A DNA stretch of 64,000 nt from NCBI GenBank assembly GCA_905207625.1, contig CAJLLT010000007.1, forward strand, positions 19,358-83,357, given 5' to 3'. Source of the DNA: an uncultured Eubacteriales bacterium (GTDB lineage: Bacteria; Bacillota; Clostridia; Oscillospirales; UBA644). The notes beneath the pieces were generated by a model, which saw nothing but the letters and a program-made list of their open reading frames with translations, was not told the origin of the DNA and ran no database searches. Position numbers and translations under genes: made by a program. Below are positions 10,466-18,272 of the stretch, piece by piece. The stretch's first letter is position 1. Every line of letters starts with the position of its first letter.

Positions 10466-10708
10466 TTATTCAATTACACGGTACATGGAAGAAGCGTCCG
10501 ACTTCGTTGCATATTCGGAGACTTCCAGGACCTCGAATCTGACTGTCTTTCCGCCGAGGGTCAGTCCGATAATATCCCCGGGCTTGACTTCATACGACGG
10601 CTTTACAGTTTTTCCGTTTACCGAAACCCTTGAACCGGAGCATGCTTCGTTGGCAACGGTACGTCTCTTTATTATCCTTGAAACTTTAAGATATTTATCC
10701 AGTCTCAT
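10466..10708 (-). CDS. S4-domain RNA-binding protein (YabO/Hsp15-like)
   Basis: 80 aa ORF starting MRLDKYLKVSRIIKRRTVANEA, an S4 motif. Confidence 0.85.
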   Translation of the reverse strand: MRLDKYLKVSRIIKRRTVANEACSGSRVSVNGKTVKPSYEVKPGDIIGLTLGGKTVRFEVLEVSEYATKSDASSMYRVIE

Positions 10709-10794
10709 AACTCACCTGACAGTTCTGACGATCAAAAAAAGATTAAAGGCAATAAAACATTCCGTCTTATTGCCTTTACGACCTTAAAAAAGTC

Positions 10795-11067
10795 TTATTT
10801 TACTTTCTCACGAAGGACCTTACCTGCTTTGAAAACAGGAACATTGGTAGCCGGAATGGTGATCTCCTTCTTGGTCTGGGGATTTCTACCTACTCTGGCA
10901 ACTCTCTTGCGGACTTCGAAGCAGCCGAAGCCTACCAGCTGCACCTTTTCGCCCTTGGTAAGAGCGTCTGCGATATTGTCCAGAAAAGCGTCAACGATCT
11001 CAGTCGTCTGCTTCTTGGAAAGTCCGCAGTTAGCGGCAACATTGGCAATAAGTACATTCTTGTTCAT
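10795..11067 (-). CDS. hup: DNA-binding protein HU
   Basis: 90 aa ORF: MNKNVLIANVA...VQLVGFGCFEVRKRVARVGRNPQTKKEITIPATNVPVFKAGKVLREKV. Confidence 0.95.
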   Translation of the reverse strand: MNKNVLIANVAANCGLSKKQTTEIVDAFLDNIADALTKGEKVQLVGFGCFEVRKRVARVGRNPQTKKEITIPATNVPVFKAGKVLREKVK

Positions 11068-11137
11068 TTTTTCTTTCCTCCAAAAAGATAAAATTATTTT
11101 CTGTACTGCATAATTTTACACTATTTTTTGTCATTTT

Positions 11138-12721
11138 TCAAGAGTTTTTTTGTTTTTTTGCAAAAAACGCTTTAAATTCGTTAATATTGACCAATTTGAT
11201 AAGCAGTGAAACTGCGAAAAAGGCTACAATTGCACATATAATCGAAAGGAAGAGTACTATCTTTTCAGGGATAAAACTACCAAGACACAGCCTGACCCCG
11301 TAGGAAGCGGCATAACAGGAAGCCCCCGCAATAAGAGGTTTCAGAAATACGTTTTTAAAATCCGGGAGTATATGAAGGTTCTTGTAGATGAAATAAATAT
11401 TCAGTCCGAGCATAACGGGATACGCAACATTGGTCGCTATCGGCGCTCCGTAAATATTTATACTTTCTATGCCGAGAAGGATATAGGTAAGGGCTGTTTT
11501 GATACAGGCCCCGACGGTTACGGTGACTATCGTCAGCTTCGCCTTCCCTATTCCCTGCAAAATGGAGGATGTCACGTTCGTAAGCCCGACGGCTATCAGA
11601 GCAAAAGAAACAATCTGAAGCAAGGGAGTGGCAACCGCAACGCCTTCACTGTCGCCGGAAAAGAAAAGCCGGAGAACTTGCCCTGCCACGGAATTCAGCC
11701 CGAAAGCGCAGGCAAAAGCAAGCATCGAAGAGTATTTCAAAGACCGGTCAACGGTATCTTTGATCACCTCCTGATCCTTCTTTGCGTATCCGGCGGAGAT
11801 CGAAGGGATCAGGCTCACACCGATGGCAATAACGATAAATGACGGAAGATTGAATATGGTCAGAGCCATGCTGCTGTAGGAACCCCAGTAAAGATTGGCT
11901 GTATAATCCGGCAGATACGTTTTCAGCCTGTTGACCACAAACGCCGCATCCAGAAGTCCGAAAAGTTCGACGGTAACGGAAGTGATCATTATCGGAAGAG
12001 TGATGGAGAAGAAACTGCGTGCAAGCACTCTGGTCGGAGTTTGTTTGTCCCTGATAAACTGCCCCAGAGTCATACGGTAGCTCTTACTGCGGAATGTGTA
12101 TCTGGCAAGCATAAACAGCATTGCCGCAAAAGTACTGAGGGTCACGCCGAAAACAGCCCCTCCCACGACCTGTTCCACGGGATATCCCGCATTTGTCATG
12201 TAAAGAGCAATACCGTAGCCCGCGCAAAGCTTGACAACAGCTTCCACGAGATTGGATATCGCTGTGGGGACCATGTTATTGTAACCCTGAAAAAATCCCT
12301 TTAAAACAGAAACCACAGAGATGCACACCACCGCCGGCATAATGGCGGCAACGGCATAATATGCCTCACTGCTGTTCATTTTCTGGGCAAGCGGCATGGC
12401 AAAAATGAAACCCAGGACCGCAAGAACTGTGCCGAAGGAAATGAAAGCCGCAGCGGCGATCCGGGTAATTTTGTTTACATCACGAAGTTTTCCGAGGGTA
12501 AGTGACCGGGAGATCATTGCCGCAACACCGGTGGGAAGCCCCGAGGTTGCCAGGGCGAGAAGGAATACATATATACTGTATGCGGAGGAAAAGTACCCCA
12601 TTGCGGCAGAGCCGACAAGATTTGTCAGGGGAATTTTGAAGACGGCGCCCACGAGCTTGACCAGAAATCCAGAGACGGCAAGAACTATTGCGCCGTAGGT
12701 AAAATCACGTTTTTTTGACAT
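11138..12721 (-). CDS. MOP-superfamily flippase (SpoVB/YabM/MurJ-like polysaccharide biosynthesis protein)
   Basis: 527 aa ORF with about 14 TM helices, positioned upstream of the yabO-yabP-yabQ block. Confidence 0.75.
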   Translation of the reverse strand: MSKKRDFTYGAIVLAVSGFLVKLVGAVFKIPLTNLVGSAAMGYFSSAYSIYVFLLALATSGLPTGVAAMISRSLTLGKLRDVNKITRIAAAAFISFGTVLAVLGFIFAMPLAQKMNSSEAYYAVAAIMPAVVCISVVSVLKGFFQGYNNMVPTAISNLVEAVVKLCAGYGIALYMTNAGYPVEQVVGGAVFGVTLSTFAAMLFMLARYTFRSKSYRMTLGQFIRDKQTPTRVLARSFFSITLPIMITSVTVELFGLLDAAFVVNRLKTYLPDYTANLYWGSYSSMALTIFNLPSFIVIAIGVSLIPSISAGYAKKDQEVIKDTVDRSLKYSSMLAFACAFGLNSVAGQVLRLFFSGDSEGVAVATPLLQIVSFALIAVGLTNVTSSILQGIGKAKLTIVTVTVGACIKTALTYILLGIESINIYGAPIATNVAYPVMLGLNIYFIYKNLHILPDFKNVFLKPLIAGASCYAASYGVRLCLGSFIPEKIVLFLSIICAIVAFFAVSLLIKLVNINEFKAFFAKKQKNS

Positions 12722-12754
12722 TGAATCTCTCCAGTGGAAAAATCAGATTTCAGT

Positions 12755-13105
12755 TCAGAAGTCCGTGCCTTCCCCACTGTCCGGCTTATCTCCGGAGCAG
12801 CATCCGGCGCAAAGAGTCTCACCTTTTATCTGCGCAAGCTCAGCTTTCAGAAGTCTGATCCGGTTGAGGTTTTCGGCTATATCAGCCCTTATTCCAAGCA
12901 TTTCTTCGGTCATGTCAAGTCTGCCGTATGAAATTGCTTTATAGGTAAGCTTTCCCAGTTCGGAATACTGCCGGTCAACCTGCACCGATATTTCTGAGAT
13001 TCTGAGACTGATACGGGCCCGGTTACATATCTCCAGACCTTTCTGTTCCGCTTTATCCGCCCAGTATGCGCACCTGGCAAGCATCCCCTGTAAAGACTGA
13101 TTCAT
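12755..13105 (-). CDS. hypothetical coiled-coil protein with a C-terminal CAGCCSG cluster
   Basis: 116 aa ORF with a GGAGGT SD. It has its own extended -10 (TGaTATAAT, reverse complement of 13138-13146). Confidence 0.6.
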   Translation of the reverse strand: MNQSLQGMLARCAYWADKAEQKGLEICNRARISLRISEISVQVDRQYSELGKLTYKAISYGRLDMTEEMLGIRADIAENLNRIRLLKAELAQIKGETLCAGCCSGDKPDSGEGTDF

Positions 13106-13198
13106 TCTGATTACCTCCGCAAAGAGTTTCTTGGTACATTATATCACCGCAACAGAAAAAAAACAATACTCTCCGTAAATTTTTCATATATTTTACAT

Positions 13199-13225
13199 AA
13201 AAAAAGGCCGCCCTGAAAAGGGCGG
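13199..13225 (-). terminator. intrinsic terminator (GCCGCCCU-UUUC-AGGGCGGC plus U6) on the minus strand
   Basis: 8-bp GC-rich stem formed by 13206-13213 and 13218-13225. The A run at 13199-13204 gives a U tail on the minus strand. Confidence 0.7.
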
Positions 13226-13294
13226 CAAATCCGGAATTACCCGGAAAAACAAAGAAGAAAAAGAAATTTGGGGGTTGCTTGAAGGGAGTAAATA
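13199..13294 (-). ncRNA. candidate small RNA (about 96 nt, C-rich motifs), bracketed by its own promoter and terminator
   Basis: The minus-strand promoter at 13301-13329 and the minus-strand terminator at 13199-13225 enclose no credible ORF. The predicted RNA contains ACUCCCUUC and ACCCCCAAA followed by a U-rich tract. Confidence 0.4.
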
Positions 13295-13300
13295 TGGCTA

Positions 13301-13329
13301 TATTATACAGCATTGATCCGGTTTTGTAA
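13301..13329 (-). promoter_or_regulatory. sigma-A-like promoter TTTACA-17-TATAAT on the minus strand
   Basis: The reverse complement of 13324-13329 is TTTACA and that of 13301-13306 is TATAAT, preceded by TG. The spacer is exactly 17 nt. Confidence 0.6.
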
Positions 13330-13413
13330 AGGGGTTTCGGGAAAGAATCGTTCGTCAAATTCCGACTTTCGTCCGAAAATTATGTCGATTAATATAACTT
13401 TTTGTCGAAGATA

Positions 13414-13441
13414 TTGAAAAATGACTGTTTTATGCTATAAT
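13414..13441 (+). promoter_or_regulatory. sigma-A-like promoter TTGAAA-16-TGcTATAAT for the DUF1015-folD unit
   Basis: -35 at 13414-13419 and extended -10 at 13433-13441. A leader of about 120 nt precedes the ATG at 13569. Confidence 0.6.
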
Positions 13442-13568
13442 ATCATTAAAGAGGATAAAAGCCGTCCCCGTGCTGTCCGGAAACGGAAGCGGCGGCAGCA
13501 TCGGTTCCTTATCCCGAATCGAGGTATACGTTTTCACGGAATACCGAAGAAACAAGAGAGAGGTATTT

Positions 13569-14852
13569 ATGGATTTCCGTTCATCAGACATTCTCCTTCC
13601 CCGGCAAAACTTTGAAAAATGGAGTACTGTGGCATGCGATCAGTATACATCGGACGCTGAATACTGGACCGATGTTGAGAAAACTGTGGCAGATTCCCCG
13701 TCGGCTTTACGGATCATGCTTCCGGAGATATATCTGGAAGAAAAAAATGTTGACCGGCTCATAGAAAAGACATACGAAAAAATGAGAGAGTACCTCCGTG
13801 ACGGGGTTTTCGAAACGGTTAAAGACGCATACATCTACGTCGAAAGGACCCTTTCCGATGGAAAGACACGCAAAGGTCTGATGGGGATATTTGACCTTGA
13901 AGCTTATGATTTCAATGCAGGATCCGGCTCTGTAATAAGAGCGACGGAGGGCACGGTCCTTTCAAGGATTCCTCCGAGGGTCAGGATACGGCAGAATGCC
14001 TGTCTTGAAATGCCACATATTATGATACTCATCGATGACAGAAGCAAATGCGTGATCGAGCCTCTTGAAGAACAGAAAAGCGGTTTTGAAAAATTATATG
14101 ACTTCGATCTGATGAAAAACGGCGGTCATATAAAGGGTTACAAAGTGTCTGCCGCCGCAAAGAACAGTATTGAAACCGCAATAGCCTCCCTCTACGACGA
14201 AAAAGCATTTGCCGATAAATACGGAATTGAAGTTGGCAGTAAACCTCTGCTGGTATTTGCCGTGGGAGACGGAAACCACTCCCTTGCGACAGCAAAGACC
14301 TGCTGGGAGAATATCAAAAAGGATCTGACCGAAGAGGAAAAGCTGACGCACCCGGCAAGGTACGCCCTTGCAGAGCTTGTAAATCTTCACGATACGTCAC
14401 TTGAATTCGAACCCATACACAGAGTACTTTTCGGTGTGGACGAAGAAAAGTTCGTAAAGGATCTTGAAACATTCTTTGCCGGCTACAAGCTGAGGGAAGA
14501 CGAAGACAGCACCGGATTTTCCGTGCTTATAAACGGAAAAGAAAAGCATTATGTGATTGACGCGCCGAAAAGCAATCTTACAGTCGGAGACGTTCAGTGC
14601 TTCATAGACCATTATCTGAAAGATATACAACCGGACGCAAAAGTTGACTACATACACGGCGAGGAAGAAGTCAAAGCCCTTGCCGGAGTCCACGGGAACG
14701 TGGGAATACTCCTTCCCGCTATGGAGAAAAACGATCTGTTCAAAACCGTGATTCTTGACGGGGTACTGCCGAGAAAAACCTTTTCAATGGGACACGCAAA
14801 CGATAAACGCTATTATCTTGAAGTCAGGAAAATAACCCCTGACGCTGAATAA
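13569..14852 (+). CDS. DUF1015 family protein
   Basis: MDFRSSDILLPRQNFEKWSTVACDQYTSD... matches the DUF1015 N-terminus. I chose the ATG at 13569, which has a GAGAGAGG SD. Confidence 0.8.
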   Translation: MDFRSSDILLPRQNFEKWSTVACDQYTSDAEYWTDVEKTVADSPSALRIMLPEIYLEEKNVDRLIEKTYEKMREYLRDGVFETVKDAYIYVERTLSDGKTRKGLMGIFDLEAYDFNAGSGSVIRATEGTVLSRIPPRVRIRQNACLEMPHIMILIDDRSKCVIEPLEEQKSGFEKLYDFDLMKNGGHIKGYKVSAAAKNSIETAIASLYDEKAFADKYGIEVGSKPLLVFAVGDGNHSLATAKTCWENIKKDLTEEEKLTHPARYALAELVNLHDTSLEFEPIHRVLFGVDEEKFVKDLETFFAGYKLREDEDSTGFSVLINGKEKHYVIDAPKSNLTVGDVQCFIDHYLKDIQPDAKVDYIHGEEEVKALAGVHGNVGILLPAMEKNDLFKTVILDGVLPRKTFSMGHANDKRYYLEVRKITPDAE

Positions 14853-14871
14853 AAAGTATAGGAGAAAGAAT

Positions 14872-15717
14872 ATGGCAAAGATAATTAACGGCAAGGAAAT
14901 TTCCGCTCAGATCAGGGAGCAGATAAAAGAAGAAACTCTGAAAATGCAGGAAGAAAACGGTGTCACCCCCGGACTTGCGGTGATAATAGTCGGGGATGAC
15001 CCCGCATCGAAGGTTTATGTGGCGAATAAGAAAAAGGCCTGCGCCGAAGTCGGTTTCTACTCCGAAGAATATGCCCTGCCGGAAGAGACGGACGAACACA
15101 GTCTGCTTGAGCTTATCGATAAGCTCAACAAAAGGCCCGACATAGACGGGATTCTGGTGCAGCTCCCGTTACCGAAACATATTGACGCAAAAAAAATAGT
15201 CGACAGCATCAGACCCGACAAGGATGTTGACGCATTTCATCCCGTAAATGTGGGCAGAATAATGATCGGCGACTATACCCTTGCCCCCTGCACACCCTCC
15301 GGAGTAATGGAACTTATCAGGAGTACAGGGGTAACGGTTGAAGGAAAAAACTGCGTCGTGGTCGGAAGAAGCGACATTGTCGGAAAACCCCAGGCGATGC
15401 TTCTTCTTCATGAAAACGGTACGGTAACAATCTGTCATTCAAAAACGAAAGATCTCGCCGGGATAACAAAGAAAGCAGATATTCTCGTGGTTGCGGTCGG
15501 CAGAGCCGGATTCATTACCGGAGACATGATCAAAAAGGGCGCAGTGGTCATCGATGTTGGTATGAACCGGAATGAAGAAGGAAAACTCGTGGGAGACGTC
15601 GATTTTGATTCGGCCGCGGAGGTTGCCGGTTATATCACACCCGTTCCCGGAGGAGTGGGACCGATGACAATAACCATGCTTCTTAGAAATACACTCCGGG
15701 CAGCAGAGAATCACTGA
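14872..15717 (+). CDS. folD: bifunctional methylenetetrahydrofolate dehydrogenase/methenyltetrahydrofolate cyclohydrolase
   Basis: 281 aa ORF: MAKIINGKEISAQIREQIKEE...PGLAVIIVGDDPASKVYV...VVGRSDIVGKP...PVPGGVGPMT. Confidence 0.95.
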   Translation: MAKIINGKEISAQIREQIKEETLKMQEENGVTPGLAVIIVGDDPASKVYVANKKKACAEVGFYSEEYALPEETDEHSLLELIDKLNKRPDIDGILVQLPLPKHIDAKKIVDSIRPDKDVDAFHPVNVGRIMIGDYTLAPCTPSGVMELIRSTGVTVEGKNCVVVGRSDIVGKPQAMLLLHENGTVTICHSKTKDLAGITKKADILVVAVGRAGFITGDMIKKGAVVIDVGMNRNEEGKLVGDVDFDSAAEVAGYITPVPGGVGPMTITMLLRNTLRAAENH

Positions 15718-15732
15718 TCCGGAATCCGGCTA

Positions 15733-15761
15733 TTGACATCGGGATAAAAAAGTGCTAAAAT
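15733..15761 (+). promoter_or_regulatory. sigma-A-like promoter TTGACA-17-TGcTAAAAT
   Basis: -35 at 15733-15738 and -10 at 15756-15761, upstream of the yegP-like gene. Confidence 0.6.
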
Positions 15762-15796
15762 CAGATTGACAAAATTATTATACGGAGGTAACTGTC

Positions 15797-16168
15797 ATGG
15801 GCTCATTCGTAGTAAAGCAGACGGCAACGGGATTCAATTTCGCCCTTAAAGCCGGCAATGGTGAAACCATTCTCACATCCGAGGTTTATACCACGGAAGC
15901 GGCTTGCATGAACGGCATTGAAAGCGTAAAAAAGAACGCCCCTATCGCAAAAACCGAGGACCAGACCGTTGAAGATTTCGAAAAAGTAACAAATCCGAAA
16001 TTCGAAATGTTTACGGACAAGAGAGGCGAGTACAGATTCAATCTCAAGGCAAGAAACGGTGAAATCATCGGTTCTTCCGAGGGATACAAAGCGAAAGCCG
16101 GATGCAGAAACGGTATCGAAAGCGTAGTCAAAAATGCTCCCGATGCAAAGATTGTAAAGGCCGAATAG
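15797..16168 (+). CDS. YegP-family protein (two DUF1508 repeats)
   Basis: 123 aa ORF with an internal duplication: FNFALKAGNGETILTSEVYTT...CMNGIESVKKNAP against FNLKARNGEIIGSSEGYKA...CRNGIESVVKNAP. Confidence 0.85.
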   Translation: MGSFVVKQTATGFNFALKAGNGETILTSEVYTTEAACMNGIESVKKNAPIAKTEDQTVEDFEKVTNPKFEMFTDKRGEYRFNLKARNGEIIGSSEGYKAKAGCRNGIESVVKNAPDAKIVKAE

Positions 16169-16182
16169 CTTACAAATCCCTG

Positions 16183-16213
16183 AAACCCGCCGGAAAAATT
16201 CCGGCGGGTTTTT
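16183..16213 (+). terminator. intrinsic terminator
   Basis: CCCGCCGG (16186-16193) pairs with CCGGCGGG (16201-16208) and is followed by TTTTT. Confidence 0.85.
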
Positions 16214-16555
16214 CTATTCCGGAGCGCGTAATGCTTAAAAGCTTTACATACACAATTTGACATTTTACTGTAAAATTTGGGGTTTTTCGGGATTTGCACA
16301 AAATCGGTCCGAAAAGTATTCAAAACTGTGGAAAACCCTGTGAAAAGAGTTAATAACCCCGTGTTTTAACCGTTTTTCATGCCAAATGCCTGTGGAAAAC
16401 CGTATTTTTTATGCAGGAATTCAACAGTATCGACCGCATTATATTTGAAAATTGATGTAAAGCAGTTCGACATTACAAAACAGAATATGTCAAATACAAG
16501 CCGAAATCCGCTCCGAAAAATAATTATCAAAATGAGATAAATTGGAATAATATAC

Positions 16556-16584
16556 TTGACTTTACCCGGAAACTGTGGTATTAT
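16556..16584 (+). promoter_or_regulatory. sigma-A-like promoter TTGACT-17-TGgTATTAT for gltX-glnS
   Basis: -35 at 16556-16561 and -10 at 16579-16584. Confidence 0.6.
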
Positions 16585-16618
16585 GTATTAAATATGTTTA
16601 CAGTATAAGGACTGCATT

Positions 16619-18259
16619 ATGGACTTTGAATATCTTGCCGATCTGCTCTTTCCCGACGTAACCGAAACGCCTGAGGATATGGAGCTTAAATATCCGCCGA
16701 GAGATCTTCCCGAAGGCGCTAAAGTGACCCGTTTCGCCCCGAGCCCCACCGGATTTCTCCACTTCGGGGGGCTGTTCCCTACCCGTGTGGGAGAGAGACT
16801 TGCGCATCAGAGCGGTGGTATATTCTATCTGAGGATAGAAGATACCGACGCCAAGAGAGAAGTGGAAGGTGCAGAGGAAAGTCTGATAAAAACTCTCAGT
16901 CATTACGGTATAGACTTTGATGAAGGAGCAACCGCAAACGGCGCCGAAAAAGGTGCGTACGGTCCGTACAGACAAAGCCACAGAAAGAATATCTACCATG
17001 TTTTTGCCAAGGAACTGGTACGACAGGGCAAGGCTTATCCCTGCTTCTGCACTGAAGAAGAACTTATTCAGATCAGGCAACAACAGGAACAGCTCAAAGT
17101 CGATCCCGGTTATTACGGTAAGTGGGCAAAATACAGAGACGCAGATATTTCCGTCATTGAACCCCTGATAAAGGAAGGCAAACCCTTTGTCCTCCGGTTC
17201 AGATCCGAGGGAAATGTTGAAAACAAAATCAAATTCACGGATCTTGTCAAGGGAGAACTTGAGCTGACGGAAAACGACAAAGACCACGTTATTCTGAAAA
17301 GCGACGGTATTCCCAACTATCACTTTGCCCATGCGGTCGACGATCATCTCATGAGAACGACCCACGTTATCCGGGGCGAAGAGTGGCTTCCGTCTCTCCC
17401 CTTCCATATTCAGCTTTTCAAAGCCCTGGGCTTCAAACTTCCGAAATATCTGCACATAGCTCAACTTATGAAAATGGAAAACGGCTCAAAGAAAAAGCTT
17501 TCAAAGCGTGATGCGGGAGCGGATGTCAGATACTACGATGAGATCGGATATGACCCGGATTGCGTAATAGAGTATATAATGACTCTGCTGAACTCCAACT
17601 ATGAGGAATGGAGAACCGCAAATAAAGACAAGCCATACACAGATTTCCCCTTCTCCATCAAAAAGATGAGCAATTCCGGATGTCTGTTCGATTTCGACAA
17701 GCTCAACGATGTTACAAGAAACACCGTAAGCCTCATGTCAGCGGAACAGGTCTACGGGAAACTGCTGCAGTGGGCCGAAACCTACGACAAAGATTTTGCC
17801 GGGCTTCTCGCCGCTGATCCGGATTATGCGAAATCCATCCTTTCCATTGGCAGAGGCGGCGCGAAACCCAGAAAAGATCTCTGCACCTGGAACACCGTCA
17901 AGGATTATATGGGATTTTTCTATGATGAGCTGTTTACGCCCTCTGATGCCTATCCGGAAAACCTTGACAGGTCTGATATCAAAGCGATAATCGAAGAATA
18001 CACCGGTATATACGATGAATCGGACGACCAGACGGCATGGTTTGAAAAGCTCAAGAGTCTTGCCTCGCGTCACGGATTTGCGGCAGACACGAAAGAATAT
18101 AAAAAAGAACCCGGAAAGTATAAGGGGCATGTGGGAGATATTGCCATGATACTCCGTATTGCCGTCACGGGCAAGCAGGTCTCCCCCGATACCTATCAGG
18201 TCATGAAGATCCTCGGCAGGGATAAAGTTCTCAGCAGACTGCATAATGCGAAGATATAA
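16619..18259 (+). CDS. gltX: glutamate--tRNA ligase (long form)
   Basis: Class I aaRS motifs: SPTGFLHFGG (HIGH-type) and KLSKR. 546 aa. Confidence 0.85.
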   Translation: MDFEYLADLLFPDVTETPEDMELKYPPRDLPEGAKVTRFAPSPTGFLHFGGLFPTRVGERLAHQSGGIFYLRIEDTDAKREVEGAEESLIKTLSHYGIDFDEGATANGAEKGAYGPYRQSHRKNIYHVFAKELVRQGKAYPCFCTEEELIQIRQQQEQLKVDPGYYGKWAKYRDADISVIEPLIKEGKPFVLRFRSEGNVENKIKFTDLVKGELELTENDKDHVILKSDGIPNYHFAHAVDDHLMRTTHVIRGEEWLPSLPFHIQLFKALGFKLPKYLHIAQLMKMENGSKKKLSKRDAGADVRYYDEIGYDPDCVIEYIMTLLNSNYEEWRTANKDKPYTDFPFSIKKMSNSGCLFDFDKLNDVTRNTVSLMSAEQVYGKLLQWAETYDKDFAGLLAADPDYAKSILSIGRGGAKPRKDLCTWNTVKDYMGFFYDELFTPSDAYPENLDRSDIKAIIEEYTGIYDESDDQTAWFEKLKSLASRHGFAADTKEYKKEPGKYKGHVGDIAMILRIAVTGKQVSPDTYQVMKILGRDKVLSRLHNAKI

Positions 18260-18272
18260 GAGGTAGAATACA

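Noticed and set aside
13053-13358. A 101-aa minus-strand ORF across the 12755-gene promoter region.
   Set aside because: Its translation contains FFFFF runs, and it overlaps a terminator, a promoter and the start of the 116-aa gene. It is not credible coding sequence.
13446-13568. A ZTP (pfl) or THF riboswitch upstream of folD.
   Set aside because: There is no CCGCCTGGGC-type ZTP pseudoknot element and no THF aptamer-like sequence. The structure is kept only as an unclassified leader (see findings).
16214-16618. A possible T-box riboswitch upstream of gltX.
   Set aside because: I found no T-box sequence (GGTGGTACCGCG-like), no AG bulge or specifier-loop arrangement, and no terminator/antiterminator pair. 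In addition, the best promoter lies only about 35 nt from the ATG.
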